NCBI GenBank assembly: GCA_964019425.1
Contig: OZ025805.1
Coordinates: 186,001 to 250,000 of the forward strand
Length of the DNA: 64,000 nt
Source of the DNA: Flectonema sp. DT1601
Lineage: Eukaryota
Reading direction: 5' to 3'
Position numbers and translations under genes: made by a program. Shown here piece by piece: positions 9,765 to 22,220 of this stretch. Within the stretch, counting starts at the first letter, position 1. The number at the start of each line of letters is the position of its first letter. The notes beneath the pieces are model-generated. The model did not search any database. It had not been told where the DNA came from and worked only from the letters and a program-made list of their open reading frames with translations.

Positions 9765-12700
9765 TTCAGTTATATTCATTTTACTTTTTATTGTTTCCCA
9801 TCTGTTTTTATTTTCTATTAGTTCTGGTCAGAAACCCCTGGGCAGCAAGAAGGAAAGCAGTTTAGTACTTCTGGGTGTTTGGCATCACCCCCCATAGTGA
9901 GCAAGTACAACAGGTAGCATTGGTAGTCTGTTGATCCTGAGTGATCCCAGCTACAGTTTTGTTTTTCTTTCTTTTTTTTAGAAGAAGATCAGGACATTCA
10001 AGCACTGCTGGATAGTTGCTGAATGCAGGGCCTGCCTGTGGCATTATAATAACAGGCTAAGTCATTTGTAGTTCATAGTTTACCTTAGATTTTATAACTT
10101 CACATAGGGTACTATGAACGATGAGAGATCCAGTGGGATCACTCAGGGTCTAGTAGAGACCACCAATGTTGTGCGTTGATAGGCAAGGTGACCAACCTTG
10201 ACATTCTTTCTTTTCTCTCCTGTTGTGACAAACACAAAATACACACACAGCTTACAGTGTGTTCTTTGTGTATGTTTTCTTCAGGTGTGAGTAGTTTTTT
10301 TGTTCTTGCTCTTCAGGGAGGGCCTTAGCCTTGCAGGGAGGGCCTTAACTCATATCCCCACAATAATATTATACCTTTTCATTTTCTCTTTCCTTTTCTG
10401 GTCTTTTTTTTTTCTTTTTTTCCTTTTTCATACAACGTTTTTTATTTATATTTTATTTTTTTTTTTTTTTTTCATGTTTGATTATTTCCTCTTCATATTT
10501 TTTTTCTATTCTTTCTTTTTTTTTTTTTTTTTTTTTTCTCTACCTCTCTCTTAATTCTGTTCGTTTCTTTGAAACGAAAATTCATTTGAATATTATTCCT
10601 TGGTCAGCAACCATCATTGTCGCCCTTTGGGCCTGTTAAAAAAAAAAAAAAAATAAAAAGAAAGTTTACGTCGGGAATAGGGCAGGAGCCAAAAGCTCCC
10701 AGTCCGTTACTTCCCACTTATCGAAATTCAGCTAACAGTCCAAATCTCACCTGGTAAACTCAACTCAGTCTTTGTCAGTATTGGCATCAAACCTGTAATG
10801 GTTACATTAACTACCATTTCAACAGGTTATTTACTGAAATATTTGTTCTAAAAGTTGCTAAGTATCTCTCACTTAGAAATTTTTTTTATTTTTTTATTTT
10901 CAGCTCAATTAGCTACAAAGTGTTTCTACTAAGTGTTTCTCACTTAGATTTTTTTTTTGCTTTTCAGCTCCTTAAAAGCTGCTAAGTATTTCTGCTAAGT
11001 GTTTCTCACTTAGAATCTTATTGTTATGTTCGTTTTCTATCCCTTCTCCTATCCCTTTTGTTCAAAAAAAGCGGGAGGAAATTCTCTCATTCATGCTAAG
11101 ATGCACTCTGAACTTTGATTTTTTGATCTGAGTGTGAGGGAATGACCTGTTAGTGCATTGGGCATAAGCTGGGCTGCAGTTTAGATGTCTTAGGTGTTAA
11201 TAAGGGGTTCCTCTTAGCATTTTTCTTTGTTACCACCTTATGATTTTCTTGAAGGAAAAAAAATAGAAGTCATAATGGTGCTTCCCTCTGGAAGGGTTGT
11301 AAGCCATGGTGTCCAACTAAATTAAAGGACAAGTCTGGGATAATCCCTGCCAGAGGGGCGAGTATTCTACCATGGTTGAAATACTCTGGCAACTGATCTT
11401 CAATTTTATGTTGTTTGTTAGCTGCTGGTGTATCTCGATCATGTGTTGATACTTGCATTTTTTTTTTGTAATCTTTTACTACAATAACTCTTGCAATTAT
11501 CTTTTCTTTTTTATTCTCTATCTGTTCTGGTCTGTTTCTTCATTTTTTTACATTAATAATTACATTTTGTTCAAAAAGAAAAAAAAAGAAAAAAGATTAA
11601 AAAATTTCTAAGTATTTCTCACTTAGAAATTTTTTATTTTTTTATTTTCAGCTTAATTAGCTACAAATTGTTTCTACTAAGTGTTTCTCACTTAGATTTT
11701 TTTTTGGCTTTTCAGCTCCTTAAAAGCTGCTAAGTGTTTCTGCTAAGTGTTTCTCACTTAGAATTTTATTTTTATGTTCGTTTTCTATCCCTTCTCCTAT
11801 CCCTTTTGTTCAAAATAAGCGGGAGGAAATTCTCTCATTCACGCTAAGATGCACTCTGAACTTTGATTTTTTGATCTGAGTGTGAGGGAATGACCTGTTA
11901 GTGCATTGGGCATAGGCTGGGCTGCAGTTTAGATGTCTTAGGTGTTAATAGGGGGTTCCTCTTAGCATTTTTCTTTGTTCCCACCTTATGATTTTCTTGA
12001 AGAAAAAAAATAGAAGTCATAATGGTGCTTCCCTCTGGAAGGGTTGTAAGCCATGGTGTCCAACTAAATTAAAGGACAAGTCTGGGATAATCCCTGCCAG
12101 AGGGGCGAGTATTCTACCATGGTTGAAATACTCTGGCAACTGATCTTCAATTTTATGTTGTTTGTTAGCTGCTGGTGTATCTAGATTATGTGTTGATACT
12201 TGCATTTTTTTTATTTGTAATCTTCTATTACAATTCTCTTTCTGTTCTGGTCTGTTACTTCATTTGTCTTGTTTAACTTCAGTTATATCCATTTTACTTT
12301 TTATTGTTTCCCATCTACTTTTTATTTTCTATTAGTTCTGGTCAGAAACTCCTGGGCAGCAAGAAGGAAAGCAGTTTAGTACTTCTGGGTGTTTGGCATC
12401 ACCCCCCATAGTGAGCAAGTACAACAGGTAGCATTGGTAGTCTGTTGATCCTGAGTGATCCCAGCTACAGTTTTGTTTTTCTTTCTTTTTTTTAGAAGAA
12501 GATCAGGACATCCAAGCACTGCTGGATAGTTGCTGAATGCAGGGCCTGCCTGTGGCATTATAATAACAGGCTAAGTCATTTGTAGTTCATAGTTTACCTT
12601 TGATTTTATAACTTCACACAGGGTACTATGAACGATGAGAGATCCAGTGGGATCACTCAGGGTCTAGTAGAGACCACCAATGTTGTGCGTTGATAGGCAA

Positions 12701-15700
12701 GGTGACCAACCTTGACATTCTTTCTTTTCTCTCCTGTTGTGACAAACACAAAATACACACACAGCTTACAGTGTGTTCTTTGTGTATGTTTTCTTCGGGT
12801 GTGAGTAGTTTTTTTGTTCTTGCTCTTCAGGGAGGGCCTTAGCCAAAAGCTAACAGTCCAAATCTCACCTGGAAATTCAACTCATATTAGAAACTAGGAA
12901 ACTAGGTTAACACTTAGTTAAAATTAAGACCGGTTAGTCAGTTTAAGGTCTTGTCTAGGACCAACATTCTTGTTTAACTTCAGTTATATTCATTTTACTT
13001 TTTATTGTTTCCCATCTGTTTTTATTTTCTATTAGTTCTGGTCAGAAACCCCTGGGCAGCAAGAAGGAAAGCAGTTTAGTACTTCTGGGTGTTTGGCATC
13101 ACCCCCCATAGTGAGCAAGTACAACAGGTAGCATTGGTAGTCTGTTGATCCTGAGTGATCCCAGCTACAGTTTTGTTTTTCTTTCTTTTTTTTAGAAGAA
13201 GATCAGGACATTCAAGCACTGCTGGATAGTTGCTGAATGCAGGGCCTGCCTGTGGCATTATAATAACAGGCTAAGTCATTTGTAGTTCATAGTTTACCTT
13301 AGATTTTATAACTTCACATAGGGTACTATGAACGATGAGAGATCCAGTGGGATCACTCAGGGTCTAGTAGAGACCACCAATGTTGTGCGTTGATAGGCAA
13401 GGTGACCAACCTTGACATTCTTTCTTTTCTCTCCTGTTGTGACAAACACAAAATACACACACAGCTTACAGTGTGTTCTTTGTGTATGTTTTCTTCAGGT
13501 GTGAGTAGTTTTTTTGTTCTTGCTCTTCAGGGAGGGCCTTAGCCAAAAGCTAACAGTCCAAATCTCACCTGGTAAACTCAACTCAGTCTTTGTCAGTATT
13601 GGCATCAAACCTGTAATGGTTACATTAACTACCATTTCAACAGGTTATTTACTGAAATATTTGTTCTAAAAGTTGCTAAGTATCTCTCACTTAGAAATTT
13701 TTTTTATTTTTTTATTTTCAGCTCAATTAGCTACAAAGTGTTTCTACTAAGTGTTTCTCACTTAGATTTTTTTTTTGCTTTTCAGCTCCTTAAAAGCTGC
13801 TAAGTATTTCTGCTAAGTGTTTCTCACTTAGAATCTTATTGTTATGTTCGTTTTCTATCCCTTCTCCTATCCCTTTTGTTCAAAAAAAGCGGGAGGAAAT
13901 TCTCTCATTCATGCTAAGATGCACTCTGAACTTTGATTTTTTGATCTGAGTGTGAGGGAATGACCTGTTAGTGCATTGGGCATAAGCTGGGCTGCAGTTT
14001 AGATGTCTTAGGTGTTAATAAGGGGTTCCTCTTAGCATTTTTCTTTGTTACCACCTTATGATTTTCTTGAAGGAAAAAAAATAGAAGTCATAATGGTGCT
14101 TCCCTCTGGAAGGGTTGTAAGCCATGGTGTCCAACTAAATTAAAGGACAAGTCTGGGATAATCCCTGCCAGAGGGGCGAGTATTCTACCATGGTTGAAAT
14201 ACTCTGGCAACTGATCTTCAATTTTATGTTGTTTGTTAGCTGCTGGTGTATCTCGATCATGTGTTGATACTTGCATTTTTTTTTTGTAATCTTTTACTAC
14301 AATAACTCTTGCAATTATCTTTTCTTTTTTATTCTCTATCTGTTCTGGTCTGTTTCTTCATTTTTTTACATTAATAATTACATTTTGTTCAAAAAGAAAA
14401 AAAAAAGATTAAAAAATTTCTAAGTATTTCTCACTTAGAAATTTTTTATTTTTTTATTTTCAGCTTAATTAGCTACAAATTGTTTCTACTAAGTGTTTCT
14501 CACTTAGATTTTTTTTTGGCTTTTCAGCTCCTTAAAAGCTGCTAAGTGTTTCTGCTAAGTGTTTCTCACTTAGAATTTTATTTTTATGTTCGTTTTCTAT
14601 CCCTTCTCCTATCCCTTTTGTTCAAAATAAGCGGGAGGAAATTCTCTCATTCACGCTAAGATGCACTCTGAACTTTGATTTTTTGATCTGAGTGTGAGGG
14701 AATGACCTGTTAGTGCATTGGGCATAGGCTGGGCTGCAGTTTAGATGTCTTAGGTGTTAATAGGGGGTTCCTCTTAGCATTTTTCTTTGTTCCCACCTTA
14801 TGATTTTCTTGAAGAAAAAAAATAGAAGTCATAATGGTGCTTCCCTCTGGAAGGGTTGTAAGCCATGGTGTCCAACTAAATTAAAGGACAAGTCTGGGAT
14901 AATCCCTGCCAGAGGGGCGAGTATTCTACCATGGTTGAAATACTCTGGCAACTGATCTTCAATTTTATGTTGTTTGTTAGCTGCTGGTGTATCTAGATTA
15001 TGTGTTGATACTTGCATTTTTTTTATTTGTAATCTTCTATTACAATTCTCTTTCTGTTCTGGTCTGTTACTTCATTTGTCTTGTTTAACTTCAGTTATAT
15101 CCATTTTACTTTTTATTGTTTCCCATCTACTTTTTATTTTCTATTAGTTCTGGTCAGAAACTCCTGGGCAGCAAGAAGGAAAGCAGTTTAGTACTTCTGG
15201 GTGTTTGGCATCACCCCCCATAGTGAGCAAGTACAACAGGTAGCATTGGTAGTCTGTTGATCCTGAGTGATCCCAGCTACAGTTTTGTTTTTCTTTCTTT
15301 TTTTTAGAAGAAGATCAGGACATCCAAGCACTGCTGGATAGTTGCTGAATGCAGGGCCTGCCTGTGGCATTATAATAACAGGCTAAGTCATTTGTAGTTC
15401 ATAGTTTACCTTTGATTTTATAACTTCACACAGGGTACTATGAACGATGAGAGATCCAGTGGGATCACTCAGGGTCTAGTAGAGACCACCAATGTTGTGC
15501 GTTGATAGGCAAGGTGACCAACCTTGACATTCTTTCTTTTCTCTCCTGTTGTGACAAACACAAAATACACACACAGCTTACAGTGTGTTCTTTGTGTATG
15601 TTTTCTTCGGGTGTGAGTAGTTTTTTTGTTCTTGCTCTTCAGGGAGGGCCTTAGCCAAAAGCTAACAGTCCAAATCTCACCTGGAAATTCAACTCATATT

Positions 15701-18700
15701 AGAAACTAGGAAACTAGGTTAACACTTAGTTAAAATTAAGACCGGTTAGTCAGTTTAAGGTCTTGTCTAGGACCAACATTCTTGTTTAACTTCAGTTATA
15801 TTCATTTTACTTTTTATTGTTTCCCATCTGTTTTTATTTTCTATTAGTTCTGGTCAGAAACCCCTGGGCAGCAAGAAGGAAAGCAGTTTAGTACTTCTGG
15901 GTGTTTGGCATCACCCCCCATAGTGAGCAAGTACAACAGGTAGCATTGGTAGTCTGTTGATCCTGAGTGATCCCAGCTACAGTTTTGTTTTTCTTTCTTT
16001 TTTTTAGAAGAAGATCAGGACATTCAAGCACTGCTGGATAGTTGCTGAATGCAGGGCCTGCCTGTGGCATTATAATAACAGGCTAAGTCATTTGTAGTTC
16101 ATAGTTTACCTTAGATTTTATAACTTCACATAGGGTACTATGAACGATGAGAGATCCAGTGGGATCACTCAGGGTCTAGTAGAGACCACCAATGTTGTGC
16201 GTTGATAGGCAAGGTGACCAACCTTGACATTCTTTCTTTTCTCTCCTGTTGTGACAAACACAAAATACACACACAGCTTACAGTGTGTTCTTTGTGTATG
16301 TTTTCTTCAGGTGTGAGTAGTTTTTTTGTTCTTGCTCTTCAGGGAGGGCCTTAGCCAAAAGCTAACAGTCCAAATCTCACCTGGTAAACTCAACTCAGTC
16401 TTTGTCAGTATTGGCATCAAACCTGTAATGGTTACATTAACTACCATTTCAACAGGTTATTTACTGAAATATTTGTTCTAAAAGTTGCTAAGTATCTCTC
16501 ACTTAGAAATTTTTTTTATTTTTTTATTTTCAGCTCAATTAGCTACAAAGTGTTTCTACTAAGTGTTTCTCACTTAGATTTTTTTTTTGCTTTTCAGCTC
16601 CTTAAAAGCTGCTAAGTATTTCTGCTAAGTGTTTCTCACTTAGAATCTTATTGTTATGTTCGTTTTCTATCCCTTCTCCTATCCCTTTTGTTCAAAAAAA
16701 GCGGGAGGAAATTCTCTCATTCATGCTAAGATGCACTCTGAACTTTGATTTTTTGATCTGAGTGTGAGGGAATGACCTGTTAGTGCATTGGGCATAAGCT
16801 GGGCTGCAGTTTAGATGTCTTAGGTGTTAATAAGGGGTTCCTCTTAGCATTTTTCTTTGTTACCACCTTATGATTTTCTTGAAGGAAAAAAAATAGAAGT
16901 CATAATGGTGCTTCCCTCTGGAAGGGTTGTAAGCCATGGTGTCCAACTAAATTAAAGGACAAGTCTGGGATAATCCCTGCCAGAGGGGCGAGTATTCTAC
17001 CATGGTTGAAATACTCTGGCAACTGATCTTCAATTTTATGTTGTTTGTTAGCTGCTGGTGTATCTCGATCATGTGTTGATACTTGCATTTTTTTTTTGTA
17101 ATCTTTTACTACAATAACTCTTGCAATTATCTTTTCTTTTTTATTCTCTATCTGTTCTGGTCTGTTTCTTCATTTTTTTACATTAATAATTACATTTTGT
17201 TCAAAAAGAAAAAAAAAAGATTAAAAAATTTCTAAGTATTTCTCACTTAGAAATTTTTTATTTTTTTATTTTCAGCTTAATTAGCTACAAATTGTTTCTA
17301 CTAAGTGTTTCTCACTTAGATTTTTTTTTGGCTTTTCAGCTCCTTAAAAGCTGCTAAGTGTTTCTGCTAAGTGTTTCTCACTTAGAATTTTATTTTTATG
17401 TTCGTTTTCTATCCCTTCTCCTATCCCTTTTGTTCAAAATAAGCGGGAGGAAATTCTCTCATTCACGCTAAGATGCACTCTGAACTTTGATTTTTTGATC
17501 TGAGTGTGAGGGAATGACCTGTTAGTGCATTGGGCATAGGCTGGGCTGCAGTTTAGATGTCTTAGGTGTTAATAGGGGGTTCCTCTTAGCATTTTTCTTT
17601 GTTCCCACCTTATGATTTTCTTGAAGAAAAAAAATAGAAGTCATAATGGTGCTTCCCTCTGGAAGGGTTGTAAGCCATGGTGTCCAACTAAATTAAAGGA
17701 CAAGTCTGGGATAATCCCTGCCAGAGGGGCGAGTATTCTACCATGGTTGAAATACTCTGGCAACTGATCTTCAATTTTATGTTGTTTGTTAGCTGCTGGT
17801 GTATCTAGATTATGTGTTGATACTTGCATTTTTTTTATTTGTAATCTTCTATTACAATTCTCTTTCTGTTCTGGTCTGTTACTTCATTTGTCTTGTTTAA
17901 CTTCAGTTATATCCATTTTACTTTTTATTGTTTCCCATCTACTTTTTATTTTCTATTAGTTCTGGTCAGAAACTCCTGGGCAGCAAGAAGGAAAGCAGTT
18001 TAGTACTTCTGGGTGTTTGGCATCACCCCCCATAGTGAGCAAGTACAACAGGTAGCATTGGTAGTCTGTTGATCCTGAGTGATCCCAGCTACAGTTTTGT
18101 TTTTCTTTCTTTTTTTTAGAAGAAGATCAGGACATCCAAGCACTGCTGGATAGTTGCTGAATGCAGGGCCTGCCTGTGGCATTATAATAACAGGCTAAGT
18201 CATTTGTAGTTCATAGTTTACCTTTGATTTTATAACTTCACACAGGGTACTATGAACGATGAGAGATCCAGTGGGATCACTCAGGGTCTAGTAGAGACCA
18301 CCAATGTTGTGCGTTGATAGGCAAGGTGACCAACCTTGACATTCTTTCTTTTCTCTCCTGTTGTGACAAACACAAAATACACACACAGCTTACAGTGTGT
18401 TCTTTGTGTATGTTTTCTTCGGGTGTGAGTAGTTTTTTTGTTCTTGCTCTTCAGGGAGGGCCTTAGCCAAAAGCTAACAGTCCAAATCTCACCTGGAAAT
18501 TCAACTCATATTAGAAACTAGGAAACTAGGTTAACACTTAGTTAAAATTAAGACCGGTTAGTCAGTTTAAGGTCTTGTCTAGGACCAACATTCTTGTTTA
18601 ACTTCAGTTATATTCATTTTACTTTTTATTGTTTCCCATCTGTTTTTATTTTCTATTAGTTCTGGTCAGAAACCCCTGGGCAGCAAGAAGGAAAGCAGTT

Positions 18701-19208
18701 TAGTACTTCTGGGTGTTTGGCATCACCCCCCATAGTGAGCAAGTACAACAGGTAGCATTGGTAGTCTGTTGATCCTGAGTGATCCCAGCTACAGTTTTGT
18801 TTTTCTTTCTTTTTTTTAGAAGAAGATCAGGACATTCAAGCACTGCTGGATAGTTGCTGAATGCAGGGCCTGCCTGTGGCATTATAATAACAGGCTAAGT
18901 CATTTGTAGTTCATAGTTTACCTTAGATTTTATAACTTCACATAGGGTACTATGAACGATGAGAGATCCAGTGGGATCACTCAGGGTCTAGTAGAGACCA
19001 CCAATGTTGTGCGTTGATAGGCAAGGTGACCAACCTTGACATTCTTTCTTTTCTCTCCTGTTGTGACAAACACAAAATACACACACAGCTTACAGTGTGT
19101 TCTTTGTGTATGTTTTCTTCAGGTGTGAGTAGTTTTTTTGTTCTTGCTCTTCAGGGAGGGCCTTAGCCAAAAGCTAACAGTCCAAATCTCACCTGGTAAA
19201 CTCAACTC
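9765..19208 (-). repeat. Inverted array of Y fragments with a 2812-bp higher-order period
   Basis: Reverse complement of 2567-3950 segments, with identical spurious ORFs at 12376/15188/18000 and 13076/15888/18700. Ends at the fixed terminus ...CAACTC (19208), where the satellite resumes. Confidence 0.95.
10331..10729 (-). mobile_element. Truncated X copy (about 380 bp plus 18-bp filler) inserted into the loop of the Y terminal hairpin
   Basis: The Y sequence CCTTAGCC-AAA-AGCTAAC is split. The insert is TTGCAGGGAGGGCCTTAA (largely a copy of adjacent Y) plus X ending GAAATTC. Confidence 0.9.
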
Positions 19209-22200
19209 TATTAATTTTGAAAAAAAAACAATCAGTTTAGCGTCTTGACCAGGACGGAAAATAGAAAGTGATCGACATAGTCGATCGATAAAAAAACAAT
19301 GATAACATTGTTTATTCTTTTTTTTTATTTTAAATTCTTTTTATTTATTTTTTAAAGAAAAAAAACGGAAAATAGAAATTAGTCAACAAAGTCGAACAAT
19401 AAAAAAAAACAATGATAACATTGTTTATTCTTTTTTTTTTTTTTTTTTTTTTATATTCTTTTTTATTAATTTTGAAAAAAAAAAACAATCAGTTTAGCGT
19501 CTTGACCAGGACGGAAAATAGAAAGTAATCGACATAGTCGATCGATAAAAAAACAATGATAACATTGTTTATTCTTTTTTTTTATTTTAAATTCTTTTTA
19601 TTTATTTTTTAAAGAAAAGAAACGGAAAATAGAAATTAGTCGACAAAGTCGAACGATAAAAAAAAACAATGATAACATTGTTTATTCTTTTTTTTTTTGT
19701 ATTTTTTTTAATATTCTTTTTTATTAATTTTGAAAAAAAAAACAATCAGTTTAGCGTCCTGACCAGGACGGAAAATAGAAAGTGATCGACATAGTCGATC
19801 GATAAAAAAACAATGATAACATTGTTTATTCTTTTTTTTTTATTTTAAATTCTTTTTATTTATTTTTTAAAGAAAAAAAAAAAAAAAAAACGGAGAATAG
19901 AAATTAGTCGACAAAGTCGAACGATAAAAAAAAACAATGATAACATTGTTTTTCCTTTTTTTTTTTTTTTTTTATATTCTTTTTTATTAATTTTGAAAAA
20001 AAAAAACAATCAGTTTAGCGTCTTGACCAGGACGGAAAATAGAAAGTGATCGACATAGTCGATCGATAAAAAAAAACAATGATAACATTGTTTATTCTTT
20101 TTTTTTATTTTAAATTCTTTTTATTTATTTTTTAAAGAAAAGAAACGGAAAATAGAAATTAGTCGACAAAGTCGAACGATAAAAAAAAACAATGATAACA
20201 TTGTTTATTCTTTTTTTTTTTGTATTTTTTTTAATATTCTTTTTTATTAATTTTGAAAAAAAAAACAATCAGTTTAGCGTCCTGACCAGGACGGAAAATA
20301 GAAAGTGATCGACATAGTCGATCGATAAAAAAACAATGATAACATTGTTTATTCTTTTTTTTTTATTTTAAATTCTTTTTATTTATTTTTTAAAGAAAAA
20401 AAAAAAAAAAAAAACGGAGAATAGAAATTAGTCGACAAAGTCGAACGATAAAAAAAAACAATGATAACATTGTTTTTCCTTTTTTTTTTTTTTTTTTTAT
20501 ATTCTTTTTTATTAATTTTGAAAAAAAAAAAAAACAATCAGTTTAGCGTCTTGACCAGGACGGAAAATAGAAAGTGATCGACATAGTCGATCGATAAAAA
20601 AACAATGATAACATTGTTTATTCTTTTTTTTTATTTTAAATTCTTTTTATTTATTCTTTAAAGAAAAGAACGGAAAATAGAAATTAGTCGACAAAGTCGA
20701 ACGATAAAAAAAAAAACAATGGTAACATTGTTTATTCTTTTTTTTTTTTTTTTTTTTATATTCTTTTTTATTAATTTTGAAAAAAAAACAATCAGTTTAG
20801 CGTCTTGACCAGGACGGAAAATAGAAAGGAATAATCATCATCGTCCATATTGTGTAATTAAGACTGAATAAACAAAGGGATAATAAAATTATAGTGAATC
20901 AATGAAATAAAACATAAACTACTGACGTCGGGGTAATGTTGCATCTTCAAGAGGTCAGAAACCCAAGACTTTGAAAAGCACCGAGGTAAGAGCGGTGCAA
21001 CAAGCCAAAAACAACAGGTATACAATAAACGAACCTCAAGAAGAAACACCCAGGGTGGGATGGGTGGGAAATTCTTTTGTTTTAATATAAACAGAAAGAA
21101 GAGCAAAATTTGCTAAGGAAAGGAATTAAAATATAAGTTAAAAGTGTACCGATAAACTATAACGTCTCAAACACAGCGCTAACCAGTGCAACGAGAGCTA
21201 ATAAATTCGATAAGCCACTGCTGAACCAACATCTTAGGTGCAGAGTGCATTTTAGATAAGGAAGGACATTTTTCATTTTCCGTTCCGCTAGGACAGAAAA
21301 GTAATAAGTATAAAATATTTTTCGACGTACCAGAGCCTGCATAGCCGAGTGGTTATGGTCGTCGACCTTAAATCGCTTACGTAGCCGTGGTCGGGGGTTC
21401 GATTCCTGGTCACGGCAGATTTTTTGGTATTTTTAACCAGAAAATTTTAAAGTAAAAACAAGTAAGAAAAAGAGCACAAAAGTGGACTTGGTGATCATTC
21501 CCTGAGTAAACTAAGATGATCGACATAGTCGATCGATAAAAAAACAATGATAACATTGTTTATTCTTTTTTTTTATTTTAAATTCTTTTTATTTATTCTT
21601 TAAAGAAAAGAAACGGAAAATAGAAATTAGTCGACAAAGTCGAACGATAAAAAAAAAACAATGATAACATTGTTTATTCTTTTTTTTTATTTTAAATTCT
21701 TTTTATTTATTTTTTAAAGAAAAAAAACGGAAAATAGAAATTAGTCAACAAAGTCGAACAATAAAAAAAACAATGATAACATTGTTTATTCTTTTTTTTT
21801 TTTTTTTTTTTTTTTTTATATTCTTTTTTATTAATTTTGAAAAAAAAAACAATCAGTTTAGCGTCTTGACCAGGACGGAAAATAGAAAGTGATCGACATA
21901 GTCGATCGATAAAAAAACAATGATAACATTGTTTATTCTTTTTTTTGTATTTTTTTATATTCTTTTTTATTAATTTTGAAAAAAAAAAACAATCAGTTTA
22001 GCGTCTTGACCAGGACGGAAAATAGAAAGTGATCGACATAGTCGATCGATAAAAAAACAATGATAACATTGTTTATTCTTTTTTTTTATTTTAAATTCTT
22101 TTTATTTATTCTTTAAAGAAAAGAAACGGAAAATAGAAATTAGTCGACAAAGTCGAACCATAAAAAAAAAAACAATGATAACATTGTTTATTCTTTTTTT

Positions 22201-22220
22201 TTTTTTTTTTTTATTCTTTT
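19209..22220 (+). repeat. X satellite array 2 with tRNA-like cassette
   Basis: Same units as 6097-9764. Confidence 0.95.
21335..21417 (+). tRNA. tRNA-like pseudogene (copy 2)
   Basis: Same sequence as 8765-8847. Confidence 0.7.
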
